Counted from the first letter of the stretch, positions 1 through 12,447 are shown. The stretch: 64,000 nt of DNA from Octopus sinensis (GCF_006345805.1 NC_043024.1:20088001-20152000); one strand, 5' to 3'. The notes: generated by a model not told the origin, from the letters alone. Numbers and translations: made by a program.

Positions 1-290
1 TTTTGAAGAATAAATGCGTCTAAATTTAGAAATCCATTATTTAATTTCGCCTCGGTTAAAAAGACCCTATTTCTTCGACGAATCTTTTACTGAATTCTAT
101 AAAAATCAATATATTTTCGCATTATTGAAATAATTCTTTGCGGGTTTTCCTTCGTACCAATCCAAACATACATACAGCTAATTGTGCAGATTACATTCTG
201 CAGACATAAATGTCCAACTATTTCTCCTGATTCAGGAAGGAAATGTTGTTTCATTTAATAGTTTCAAATTTGAAATTTCTTTATATTTAG

Positions 291-458
291 TTCTTTGTTG
301 GCCACAAGGGGACAAACAAGGAAGAACAAAGGGATTACATAGATTACAACGACCCCAGTGCATAACTGGTACTTATTTAATCGACTCCGAAAGGATGAAA
401 GGCAAAGTCGACCTCGACGGAATTTGAACTCAGAACGTAACGGCAAAAGAAATACCGC

Positions 459-460
<2 letters not shown>
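291..460 (-). mobile_element. tRNA-derived SINE, family M (Meta-domain-like), partial
   Basis: Minus strand has a B-box-like GAGTTCAAATTCC followed by GAGGTCGACTTTGCCTTTCATCCTTTCGG; the same sequence recurs at 15.4, 36.0, 48.3-48.8, 56.6-57.0 and 58.1 kb. The Meta-domain label is from recollection. Confidence 0.8.
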
Positions 461-528
<68 letters not shown>

Positions 529-549
529 ATATATATATATATATATAAT

Positions 550-591
<42 letters not shown>

Positions 592-608
592 GTATATATA
601 TATATATA
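461..608. repeat. (TA)n microsatellite, representative of dozens of (TA)n/(TATG)n/(TAGA)n/(CA)n tracts across the window
   Basis: Direct reading; these tracts generate the [12 protein letters not shown] ORFs in the track. Confidence 0.98.
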
Positions 609-1675
609 CGTTATCATATCGAACAGTTCCAAGTGCAGTCGGACAAGACGAATGCCTCCCACTGCGGAAAAAGTTACGACAAATTCTCCTCCTAAACATG
701 TCTGAAAACACACATCGTCTTGCGAATGACGACGTCTATCGATCGTAACACGGGTGTGTTTCAGTCTCATTTCGCTTCTCTATTTACTTACTCTAACCCC
801 ATACTTCACGGAGCGTTAAGAACAAACTTCGTATTAATATATAATGCAGATAATTTCTAGATATGATTGAAACTTTCTCACGCTGGAAATAAGTAAGTAA
901 TACAGCGCAAAGGAGCTTTCAATAAAGTACATTCTAATAATGTCGTATTTAGCACGTAAGGGTGCATTCGAACACGAGAAGACCTTACGCTGCGAAATAC
1001 TCCTACACGAAAAGTTTATTGATTAAAATCAATGAAGATGCATTGTAGGTCGTAGAAGCTGTCCTTTTGTTGCAAAATGCATGCAAGATGCATGCAATAT
1101 GCATTAGTATAGTCTGTCAAAGTATTGTGTATTTCCCGCTCGATGTATCTGAGTAAATATTTGAAAGCTGTTCCCAAAATGTCTGCCATTTGATGCATAA
1201 AACAAACACAGCGCACGAATAAAATATGCTACAGACAATCATACGTACTTTAAGCCAAGATTAAAAAGTTGAAGTTATAGCAATCAGCAACAATACACGT
1301 ATTTATATTGACCAGCGTTAAAGTTGTAGTATACAAAATCTTACTTTGTCACGCAGAGTATATGACAATCTCTCACAAACTTTGAAAATGGTGTCGGTAA
1401 GAATAACTGTCAAATTATAGCAGTTTTAAATTTAGTATGCAACTTTTTATCCTTCTTCTATGTAAATTGAAGCTATGCGAATTATTCATATCTATTACAA
1501 ACGACCAAGTGACCATCATCATTTCGGTCTAGATTAGTGGTCTACATGAGAAACGAAATCAGTTCTTGTGTATACATATTCAGACTACATACATAAATAC
1601 ATGCATACATTTATATACACTAACGTATATATAATATAATATATATATTAGTGTTTATATTTGGTCACATGGCGT

Positions 1676-1721
<46 letters not shown>

Positions 1722-2041
1722 ATATATATATATATACGTATATATGTATAGAGAGAGAGGGGGAGAGATAGGTAGTCAGAGAGATAGTGAGCAAGATAGA
1801 GAGATAGATAGATAGACAGACAGACATACACACAGAGACAGTGCTAAATAGATAGACATATAGAAATATATCAATATGTACACATACTTAAATATACAGA
1901 AGCACATACACACATATGCACACACAACACAAACATATATATAACATATATGTACATGCATACATATATTCACATATATATAAAATATATAATATACATA
2001 TGTATATATATATATATATATTATATATATATATATATTAT

Positions 2042-2091
<50 letters not shown>

Positions 2092-2888
2092 TGTATATAT
2101 GTATACACATACATACATATCAATGAAGAGAATGCGTGAAATTCTCATAGAAATACTTCAATCTTTTAAAACAAAGTGAGGTCGCATATATATAATATAT
2201 ACATATATATATACACACATATATATACATATATATACGTATACATACAATTGTATATTTTATATATATGTATTTGTGTGTACATATATATATGTATATA
2301 TATATGTATATATGTATATATATATATACATGTTTGTGTGTGCGTATATATTATACAGCGCACATACACGTCATGTAACAATAAAGACGTCAGTTAGCCA
2401 ACGAATTTGAATATATTTTCTTCACGATTCATAAGAACAAAAACAATAGTGATCAACAACATGAAAGTCTGGATGATGAATTTTCATATGTGATAGTCAT
2501 TATTGGCGGGCGTAATTTTGTCTGTTATGCATTTTGAATTAATGATGAAGGGAAACGCAGAGACTGCAGACTATGATATAGAGTTTTGCTTATAGATGGT
2601 GTTACAACAGAGCCCCAGCCATTCAGGTCAAACAAGTAATGGCGTATATGACCAAAGCTTCCTGTGGGTGTATGTGTCCATGAAAGATGACATTTGTATT
2701 ATGGAGTGTGTAGGTTTCTCCATGTGTACGTGTTCCTACCTATATACAGACACACAAACGTACACAGATATGTGTATTTGTATAGTTTTACAAATAAATA
2801 TGTGTATATGGACACAACCACATCCATAATCACACATATATAGATGTATGTAATTAGGTGACACATATATATTTACATATGTATGCAC

Positions 2889-2936
<48 letters not shown>

Positions 2937-3226
2937 ATATATTATATATATATATATATGTATACATGCAAGTATATATACAAATATATTTATAACATAT
3001 ATACAAATGTATAGGTAATATATGTATATATATATACATGTATATATATATATATATATTTATATATGTAAATGTATGCAAATATACATGTGTGTATGTA
3101 TGTATATATACATGCATTCATACATACTCATAGGAAACAAAAATATACATTCTCTTAATGATGAGGAGAGAATATATAGATATAAATTGCTTTTCCTACT
3201 ACACTTAAATTATGAATGTATATAGG

Positions 3227-3262
<36 letters not shown>

Positions 3263-3851
3263 AGGTGTACTTATATATATATTATATATATATGTATTAT
3301 ATGAATGGCATTACTACGCGTAAATGCCTCACGCTATAAGGGACTCTTAAAATCAAAACTACCATCATAAATATACAGAGTACCGACAGCAAGGTGATGC
3401 AACTTTGAAGTTTTCTCTTAAAATCTGATTCAGTGTCAAGACACATGATTCCATAATTAGTGTACATAATCCACTTCCTAATCGTCAGTGCACGCGTAAT
3501 CATGACACATAAAAATGTACAAAATTCACAAACCCTCGCTGTCGTTATACCGTATATTTATTAAGGTAGCTTTGACTTTAGGAGTCCTGTATATCAGGAT
3601 GTATTTACGTGTAGTAATGCGCTTAAATATAATAAATGCATTTAAAAGGGAATAAATTAATTATACATTTTGTATAAATTTTTCCTGAACTTGTTTCCCG
3701 CTGACTACTTGATGAATTCTTAAATGGATTTTATCGTTATATTTAATTTTAAATTTAGCCGGAATATAGTCAGTGCTGAATTATTCCGAATATACACGTG
3801 TACCGAGATGTAAATTGAAAATCCTGCCTGGTATTATATATACCTGTCTGG

Positions 3852-3882
<31 letters not shown>

Positions 3883-3944
3883 CCCGCCAATAAAAAATTA
3901 ACAAACAAATATTATTAGTGTGTATCTAGTTATACATATACTTT

Positions 3945-4117
3945 TGGGATTTGGTTTGCAAAATTCTTCATGTGAGTTTGTGCGTTGAAGCATATTCTGG
4001 TGAGAATCCTTTTCTTTTTGTGCCTTATAATTTAAAACACTGACCGGTAAAATTACCACTTATTTCTTATTTTTATTTTCCTAAAATCTTCGTTGCCTCT
4101 TGCAAACTTTTCAACAT
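3945..4117 (-). mobile_element. Penelope-like 3'/pLTR-derived fragment with a degenerate hammerhead-like motif
   Basis: Minus strand 4081-4117 reads TTGAAAA-GTTTGC-AAGAG-GCAAC-GAAG-ATTTTAG (core GAAA mutated to GAAG); flanked by TA repeats. Confidence 0.4.
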
Positions 4118-4148
4118 ACATTATATATATATATATATATATATGAGA

Positions 4149-4388
4149 TTATAATTTAGGGTATCTAAGCGATACCCTAAATTATCTAAGAGATAAAAGG
4201 AAAAAATAAACTAGCAAAAAATTTGTGGATAATTCCAGATCCCGGATTTCTGTCTTTGCATAAGAAATGCTTTATTTTGTCCTTTTGTCTTCTCTTCTGG
4301 TGCTGTTTGGACATCTATGTGGTTTTAGAGTCAAGATTTGGCTGCTATTTTCAGCATGGTAGTATCTCTTAGATACCCTAAATTATAA
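4149..4388. repeat. Fold-back element with 27-bp terminal inverted repeats and an internal 14-bp hairpin
   Basis: 4149-4175 is the reverse complement of 4362-4388 (1 mismatch); perfect stem 4152-4165/4171-4184. Confidence 0.8.
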
Positions 4389-4499
4389 TTTTAATTAAAA
4401 TTTTTACCTTTGAATGCTTTTATTCCCATGCTGGCCACTTGATAAGATCGATAATTAACAATCCTACTCCTTATTTATATACATTTTATATATATATAT

Positions 4500-4965
4500 A
4501 TATAATATATAAAATCCGTTTTGTCTGTCTGCCTGTGTGTTCTTATAGGATCTCAGACAGCCTGCATCTGAGTGCGCTCAAATTTGGTACGTGAAATACC
4601 GACGGTATCAGGGCGAGTATAAGTCTTGAAAAAATTACAAAAATCGATACCAGGTGAGAATGCGATCGATAAAGCCGTGGGAACGTGTATTTTTACGCGC
4701 AAGTACATCACCTGTTGCGTCGTACTTACTGTTACTTTAAACTCTTCGAGTGTATATTTGTGTGAATAAAATCGGTTTTCTTTGGAATGGAAAATAAGTC
4801 TATCTTTATTTCTTCTTTTGCTGGTGTCTCAAATTTAGGCTAAATCTGTGTTTGTCAAAAGGAACGCCTATGGGACGGTCGGACAAGTTATTTTGGGAAA
4901 ATTTGGTTTAAATGTTTGACAAGTCAGCACCGTCCATTGGACGGTGGGGGGAGCGTTTTGCTCGT
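4500..4965 (+). mobile_element. Probable non-autonomous Helitron-like element
   Basis: Starts in a TA tract (tatataaaatccgttttgtctgtc); subterminal GC-rich hairpin CACCGTCCA-T-TGGACGGTG (4928-4946), then CTCGT end followed by ATAT. Confidence 0.55.
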
Positions 4966-4985
4966 ATATATATATTTTTAAAACT

Positions 4986-5366
4986 TTTTCAGTCATTTGA
5001 CTGCGGCCATGCTGGAGCACTGCCTTTAGTCGAGCAAATCATACCCGGGACTTATTCTTTGTAAGCCCAGTACTTATTCTATCGGTCTCTTTTACCGAAC
5101 CGCTAAGTAACGGGGACGTAAACACACCAGCATCGGTTGTCAAGCAATGATAGGGGAGACAAACACAGACACACAAACACACACACACACACATATATAT
5201 ATACGACGGGCTTCTTTCAGTTTCCGGCTACCAAATCCACTCACAAGGCTTTGGTCGGCCCGAGGCTATAGTAGAAGACATTTGCCCAAGATGCCACGCA
5301 CTGGGACTGAACCCGGAACCATGTGGTTGGTTAGCAAGCTACTTACCACACAGCCACTCCTGCGCC
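4986..5366 (-). mobile_element. tRNA-derived CORE-like SINE, family O (octopus OR-like), near full length
   Basis: Reverse complement of the 6021-6439 copy; A/B-box-like head, internal (TA)/(TG) tract, conserved 3' body. Confidence 0.9.
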
Positions 5367-5873
5367 TATATGTAATTATATATCCATATCTATCTATATA
5401 TCTGTGAGTGTATGTGTGTGTTTGCGTCTCTTTACATGTATATTAAGTGTACATCTCACAGGCGTGACTGATATACGTCTGTTCGTGTATATACATACTT
5501 GGGCTTGCATTTGTGAGGCTGTTTCTGTTCGTTGTTGACTCACTCTGGTAAATCTAATCAATATTCCGTCCGCTTCTTAACACATTCTGCTTCACCTCTT
5601 TCCTGTGGACATGTAGTTGTTCCAATTGTCCCTTGCTGAAATACGAGGAAATGAGAGCAGGTGATGCAACGTCATCATAGAACCATATATCAAGAAACCG
5701 GAAGCTGTTAGACTGAATCTTCCTCTAGCATGAGAGAGGATCCAGTGCATCTTTTTCCCTCTTTTTAAAAATATATTTTTGTTGGTTTTTCTTCGTAAAC
5801 TGTGTTTGATTTTCCAGATCCTATATTTGTATGTTGAGATTGTTGTTTGGTATATATATATATATATATATAC

Positions 5874-5942
<69 letters not shown>

Positions 5943-5986
5943 AGAAAGAGGAGAGAGAGAGAGAGATGAGTGTATTTTCCCTTGTA

Positions 5987-6020
<34 letters not shown>

Positions 6021-6022
<2 letters not shown>

Positions 6023-6439
6023 CGCAGGAGTGACTGTGTGGTAAGTAGCTTGCTTATCAACCACATGGTTCCGGGTTCAGTCCCACTGCGTGGCAACTTG
6101 GGCACGTGTCTTCTGCTATAGCCTCGGGCCGACCATTGCCTTGTGAGTGGATTTGGTAGACGGAAACTGAAAGAAGCCTGTCGTATATATGTATATATAT
6201 ATATGTAGGTGTATATATATGTTTGTGTGTCTGTGTTTGTCCCCCTAGCATTGCTTGACAACCGATGCTGGTGTGTTTACGTCCCCGTCACTTAGCGGTT
6301 CGGCAAAAAAGACCGATAGAATAAGTACTGGGCTTACAAAGAATAAGTCCCGGGGTTGATTTGCTCGACTATAGGCGGTGCTCCAGCATGGCCGCAGTCA
6401 AATGACTGAAACAAGTAAAGGAGTAAAGAGTAAAGAGTA
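6021..6439 (+). mobile_element. tRNA-derived CORE-like SINE, family O, full length
   Basis: GGCGCAGGAGTGACTGTGTGG head, GGTTCAGTCC B-box, CORE-like ACTTGGGCACGTGTCTT, (GAGTAAA)n tail; copies at 25.5, 52.2 and 52.7 kb. Confidence 0.9.
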
Positions 6440-6479
6440 CATATATATATATATATATATGTACTCTTTACCCTTTACT

Positions 6480-6518
<39 letters not shown>

Positions 6519-6609
6519 TACATACATATGTATGTGTGTAGCCATCATTAAACATGAGAGAGATTCTTAGAGACGCCTACATTGCCAGAAGAGCTAAACG
6601 CTCTAATGC

Positions 6610-7100
6610 GACAGTTAATACACATACTTTTATACGATGACCACTGTTAAGAAATACAGCAAATCTGGACTCATCAGAGAAAATGTCACTGTCCAAAATG
6701 CTAGTGGCCTCTCTACCATCTCATTGGCCCAATCTTTTCTTCATTTGATGTTGGCTGCTCGAAGAAGTGGCTTCCTTCATGCTTCTCTGCCATGATAATC
6801 AAGTTTGTGGAGATACCTGGCAGCTGTATCTCCTACATCAGAGGCCTTGCGACGAGGATTATCCTCCACATTTCTCTTAGCAAAAATAAGGATCCTGTCA
6901 GAGGGCCCTGGTTGATCTGTGAGAGGTGATGTGGACTCTTTCTCCTCTCTGGTGAACTGCAAACTCACTCAATTATCTGTAGAAAGTGGGACCACAAGGT
7001 TTGCTGAGATTTTACGCTGACTATGTCCTCCTTCAGATTGACCGACTATACGACCACTTTGAAATCCGGACATTTCCAAGGTTTCTTTTGTATATGACAT
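6610..7100 (-). pseudogene. Tc1-family transposase N-terminal half, degenerate
   Basis: Minus-strand translation MSYTKETLEMSGFQSGRIVGQSEGG...RYLHKLDYHGREA*RKPLLRAANIK*RKDWANEMVERPLAFW, then (frameshift) FSDESRF, the first catalytic Asp motif; in-frame stops. Confidence 0.85.
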
Positions 7101-7383
7101 GATTAAACAGTCACATATAGAACCTGAAACATAAAAATATCTCAATTAATAAAATATAAGCCTTTACAAGTCAGAATAAACGTAAAACGGTGTTTTATGG
7201 TATGTCTATTTAATTCTGTCATGTCTGTGTGTATGTATGTATGTATAATATATGTATGTGTGTGTGTATACATATATTTGTATATATACATAAATATATG
7301 TACGTGTGTATATATCTGCATATGTGATGTAGATGTGTCTGTATTCGTCATTATCTATACACTCACGCATACGTACACACACG

Positions 7384-7420
<37 letters not shown>

Positions 7421-7747
7421 CTGTGTCTGTGTTTGTATGTATATATATGAATTTGTTTATAAATATCTCTTCACACAAATATATGCTGTGTGTGTATGTG
7501 TGTGTGTCTCTGTCTCTGTGTGTGTGTTTCCACACGCATATTTGTGTTTTACTATGTGTTGAGTTAATTCACATTTGTCTGTTTGTCGCTGAACATCCCA
7601 GATGGCCACGAAACAGGATATGTCAGAAAATACGTAGTCAAAGAGAGACAGAAGAGAGAGAGAGAAAGAAAGAAAGAAAGAATAAAAGGGAACACACACA
7701 CATACACACACACACACAGACACACACACACACACGCACGCACACAT

Positions 7748-7800
<53 letters not shown>

Positions 7801-8066
7801 AAACGACAGAGAAAAGAAGTTCGGTTTATGGCAGCATTTTAAGATCGGTAGTTTTTTTACGTCGGTTGATGAAGTTGGACATCTTGATTTTAGCAGACGA
7901 CTTGAAGTGATTCCTCAAGGGATTGAGCGTATTGACGTGTACACGCATGCGCAAACAAGTAAACACTGCAAAGCATGTACGTATGTCAAAACCACATACG
8001 GACTCACTCATATTATATTTATACAAGCATACACATGTATATATATATATATATATATATGTAATA

Positions 8067-8138
<72 letters not shown>

Positions 8139-8149
8139 ATATATAGTTA

Positions 8150-8360
8150 ATCCAAACGTGAACAATGAGAAAACACAACAACTCGAGGACGTGGAACAAG
8201 TATAGTGTTATTGGACGCTCAGGATAGGAAAAAAGGAAGGAGGATTTAACGTTTCGAGCGGAACTCTTCGTCAGAAACTTAGAAAAGGGAAAGATCCAAG
8301 GAAGGGAAGACGGCGGAAGAAAATCGCCAACGATACAGACGTGGTCACATATTGAATGAC
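8150..8360 (-). mobile_element. Penelope-like non-coding repeat, family P1, with a minimal type I hammerhead motif
   Basis: Homologous to 17300-17470 and 19055-19225; motif at 8244-8278. Confidence 0.7.
8244..8278 (-). ncRNA. Minimal type I hammerhead ribozyme motif (helix III reduced to palindromic ACGU)
   Basis: GUUU CUGACGA A GAG-UUCCG-CUC GAAA CG UU/AAAU: core intact, stem II 3 bp, stem I 4 bp. Confidence 0.6.
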
Positions 8361-8683
8361 CGGAAAGGGAATGGGTGAAGAAAAAGTCCTTTCAAAGACA
8401 AGAAAATGCAAGAGAAGGGGGTATGTGTGTGTATGTATGGGTATATACGTGGGCGTACGTCTGTGTGTGTGTGCGTAATGATAGTACGTGTGTCTGTGTG
8501 TGTCTGTGTGTCTGGTTGTGGCTGTTAATCTCTGTGTGTGGTTGGGCTTAGTATCGTTTAAGATCTATAATATGTATATATATATATATATATATGTATA
8601 TAATAATAAAAATTAGGGAATAAATCCAAACTTACAGGGAAAAATCAGATTTAGGATTGAATCCAATTTTATAGTAAAATATT

Positions 8684-8760
8684 ATATTATATTAAATTAA
8701 AGACAAAACCACTATTATGATTTGCCTAATAGTGGTTTTGTCTCTAATTTAATATAATAT
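8684..8760. repeat. 34-bp inverted repeat with 9-nt loop
   Basis: 8684-8717 vs 8727-8760, 1 mismatch. Confidence 0.85.
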
Positions 8761-8761
8761 A

Positions 8762-8826
<65 letters not shown>

Positions 8827-9124
8827 CACACACACACGCATATTATAATATAAGATCCAAGGATCTAAGTGAAGAAAATTTGTAAGCTTCGAGAAGTTCG
8901 TGGCGAGTATACCAGAAACAACGTTCCAGAACAATGATAACTTATTTGCGTGGACTAGTGTAGGCGTTTTCCGAATTGTATACGCTAAAAATAATATTAT
9001 AGAGCGCTAAGGTTATTAAATCCATTTGCTATGAATGCGAATAAAAATCCAAACTCAGGGAATGGAGCAGGTAAAGACAACAAAAGAAAGAGACCTCGAT
9101 ATTATGTAAATAGAGGAATTTATC

Positions 9125-9341
9125 TGTAAATGTAATATGTGACAATTATTCGGTAGCCATGATAAAACTCCCAGTTTCGGATGCCGAGGGGGAAACCCAC
9201 GCCGCCATCTCTTCAGTTATCCGGCCATCGGAAATATGCTATGAAAAATCTATGAAAAATCTTTTCATAGATTTCCACCTCGGCATCCGAAACTCGGAGT
9301 TTTACCATGGTACCGAATAATTGTCACATATTACATTTACA
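9125..9341. repeat. Fold-back Penelope-like repeat with ~70-bp inverted arms
   Basis: 9125-9195 vs 9271-9341 are near-perfect reverse complements. Confidence 0.85.
9161..9221 (-). ncRNA. Type I hammerhead ribozyme motif
   Basis: GAUAA CUGAAGA GAUG...CAUC(C) GAAA CU-GGG-AG UU/UUAUC; stem I 5 bp perfect, stem III 3 bp, base of stem II imperfect. Confidence 0.6.
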
Positions 9342-9360
9342 TACATATATACGTTTTAAC

Positions 9361-9407
9361 AAAACTGTCTGACGAACGGGAAAGTGAAACTCCGAGTAAC
9401 AGGTTTT
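9361..9407 (+). ncRNA. Type I hammerhead ribozyme motif, family P2
   Basis: AAAACUGU CUGACGA ACG-GGAA-AGU GAAA CU-CCG-AG UA/ACAGGUUUU; predicted cleavage after 9398; homologous to both arms of 54128-54239. Confidence 0.6.
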
Positions 9408-9434
9408 GTTGAATTTCTGCTGCTTTTGAATAAA

Positions 9435-9468
<34 letters not shown>

Positions 9469-10124
9469 TCAAAAATTGTGAAGCATGACTGTCACCACTG
9501 TCACCACATGTGAAGCATGACTGTCACACACATGAACCTGAAGATTACAGAATTTAATGCATGAAAGTACTAGTTCAATCAGAATGAACATTTAACATGC
9601 TACTATTTTATTTTATTCTATTATATTATATTATCTTATATTATATCATTATAATATTGTAAATAAAACGTGAAAATCAGACAAGGTTGGAATTCCTTTT
9701 ATTAATATATATATATACATTCACTTATCACATCTACGCACACGAATGGCTTTTACCTCCGTCTGTTTACCCCCTTACGTCTCTCCGAAAACGACTGTAT
9801 TTTTTTGTTTCTTATAATTTTTACGTTTTCTTTATATTTTGAAATCTTTGCGTGGAATCTCTCCTGAAGTTTCTCAATATCCAAACACCTTGGATAAATT
9901 CAATTGTTCTCGATCAGCAGGAATTAATGCTACCGTAATATATTTATTGTTTGTCAGCTTAAAGTTGTTTTATGGATATTATGAAAATTTTTTGTGATAC
10001 AATGCGAAATTGCTGTAAAGTTCTTAATTAAAAACTGTAATTATGTTGGAACTCATCTTCGAAATTACATAATCTTCTTTGACCTTCATTTCGAGCAAGA
10101 CAATGAAGATTAGTTTGTAAGCGA

Positions 10125-10184
<60 letters not shown>

Positions 10185-10240
10185 CATTATTATAACTTTT
10201 TCTTCTTACTATTTTCTCAACAACAATATGTGCGTATGAT

Positions 10241-10615
10241 TATAAGGGTACACTAGGCACATGCATCACAACCATATGTGCGCGACATGGCGATCTCATA
10301 TCAAGATAAACAGCACATGACCTTGCAGGTGGGGCCCAGTTAAAATTTTCTTCTGGTCGGGTAACCCATCCCACACAAAAGGTCCCTGAATAAGGGTTGT
10401 TTAAGGATGTTGAACGAAACACCCATGTTTCCAGAGTTGAATTATTAAACCTCCAAAGAATCCCTCTCAACATATTGCTATGATGCTCCCCCACTACTTC
10501 TCGTGATCAGAGATGCACATATCGTCAGCTACTAAGGGACATGCTCAACTGGTTATGGTCAAACAAATGACAAGCAAATCCATGGTATTGAACAGAATAT
10601 TTGCTGTAGCCCATC

Positions 10616-10617
<2 letters not shown>
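10241..10617 (-). mobile_element. (AAT)n-flanked non-autonomous interspersed element, family T, truncated copy
   Basis: Homologous to 10718-11250, 28965-29500, 38766-39280 and 57043-57330; bordered by (AAT)n. Confidence 0.85.
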
Positions 10618-10702
<85 letters not shown>

Positions 10703-10717
10703 TATTATTATCATTAT

Positions 10718-11250
10718 TGAGTGAAACAGCAGTGCATGGCATCAAAGGCACACTGAGGTAAAATATACGAAGCCCAGTGTACCCATTATGACTACCCGTA
10801 TGTTAAGGGTACACCGCGCGCATGAATCGCAACCAAATGTGCGCAACATAGTGAACGCCCATGACCTTGCAGGTGGGACCACGATAGAATTTTCATCAGA
10901 TCGAGTAGTCCATTCTGCCCGAAAGGTCACTGTATAAAGGCGGCTTAAGGACGTTGAACAAAACACCCACGTTCCCGAAGGTGAACCCAAAAGAATTCCT
11001 ATCAACACATGGCTATGATGCTCCCCCACTACTTCTGCTCATGATCAGAGATGCACATATCATCAGCCACTAAGAGACATGCTCAACTGGTTACGGTCAA
11101 ACAACTGACAAGCAAATCTGTGGTATTGAGCAGAATATTTGCTGTAGCCCATCTCTTATACCAAGACAAAACAATGTACATGATAACACTTCCAATCAGT
11201 TAAGATGAGAAGTCATGTAAGCCACTGCCTGGTACTGCATTAGGGCATTT
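10718..11250 (-). mobile_element. Family T element, longest copy
   Basis: Begins AATGCCCTAATGCAGTACCAGG after (AAT)n and ends CACTCAATAATGATAAT in (AAT)n. Confidence 0.85.
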
Positions 11251-11270
11251 ATTATTATTATTATTATTAT

Positions 11271-11330
<60 letters not shown>

Positions 11331-11384
11331 AAGAGGTAGTAGTTGTTGTAGTAGTAGTAGTAGTAGTAGTAATAGTAGTAATAT

Positions 11385-11423
<39 letters not shown>

Positions 11424-11456
11424 CTGTAGTAGTAGTAGCCGTTGTAGTAGTAGTAG

Positions 11457-11670
11457 TTGATTTGCATTTTATTCCATCTCCCAACCAGGTCTCAACCAGA
11501 AACCTAAGGAACGTATATATCAAATGGAGAGAAAGTGCCCGAAAATGTGGTCGGTTGATGTTAACGTAATGGTTTTGAGTCTCCCAGGTTGCTGAGTTCT
11601 CATGGATCTGATCAAAAACTTTGTCAGTACCTTTCTTGATCATTCCCATGGAATCTCCAACAACGGACAG
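11457..11670 (-). pseudogene. R4/Dong-clade non-LTR retrotransposon 3' end (ORF C-terminus plus 3' UTR)
   Basis: LSVVGDSMGMIKKGTDKVFDQI resembles the conserved PVVVGALGMIKKG C-terminus of RLE-type elements; followed by (ACT)n/(AAT)n. Confidence 0.65.
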
Positions 11671-11834
11671 TTTTATTTATTTATTTATTTATTTATTTAT
11701 TTTTGGTTTTTAATTGCCACGTCTCAGATATCTCAATCTCAAGGTCCCTATCTTTTGACAGTTTATTAAATTTCTTTGGTGAGATATTTCTATCAGTAGA
11801 CATTGTCATATCAATTAACGGGCATCTTCTTCTT

Positions 11835-11865
<31 letters not shown>

Positions 11866-11866
11866 A

Positions 11867-11945
<79 letters not shown>

Positions 11946-12019
11946 CTTCTTCTTCTTCTTCTTTTTCTTCTTTTTCTTCCTCTTCTCCTTCTTCTTTTCT
12001 ACTACAACTACTATACTAC

Positions 12020-12051
<32 letters not shown>

Positions 12052-12447
12052 CTACTACTACTACTACTACTACTACTTCTTCTACTACTACCTCTTTATT
12101 TTCTTCGTCTTCTTCTACTACCTCTTTTTCATCTTCGTCTTCTTCTTCGTCTTCTTCTTCTTCTACTACTACTACTACTACTCCTTCATATTCTTGTTTT
12201 TTCTTCATTTTCTTCTTCTCCTTCTTCTTCTTTTCTACTACAACTACTACTACTTATTCTTCTTCTACTTCTACTATTACTACTATTTCTTCTTCCTCTT
12301 CTTCTTCTACTACTACCTCTTTTTCTTCTTCTTCTTCTACTACTACTACTATTACTTCTTCCTCCTATTATTATTATTATAATCATCATTATCATCATCA
12401 TCATTATCATCATCATCATTATCATCATCATCATCTTTATTATTATA

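Noticed and set aside
3297-3503. Hydrophobic 68-aa minus-strand ORF (also the 582-770 and 1016-1216 ORFs)
   Set aside because: No splice signals or homology linking them; expected by chance.
7802-8020. Open frame ...FFTSVDEVGHLDFSRRLEVIPQGIERIDVY
   Set aside because: No convincing splice sites or known motif.
9478-9535. Short duplication TGTGAAGCATGACTGTCAC x2
   Set aside because: Local slippage-type repeat with no further structure.
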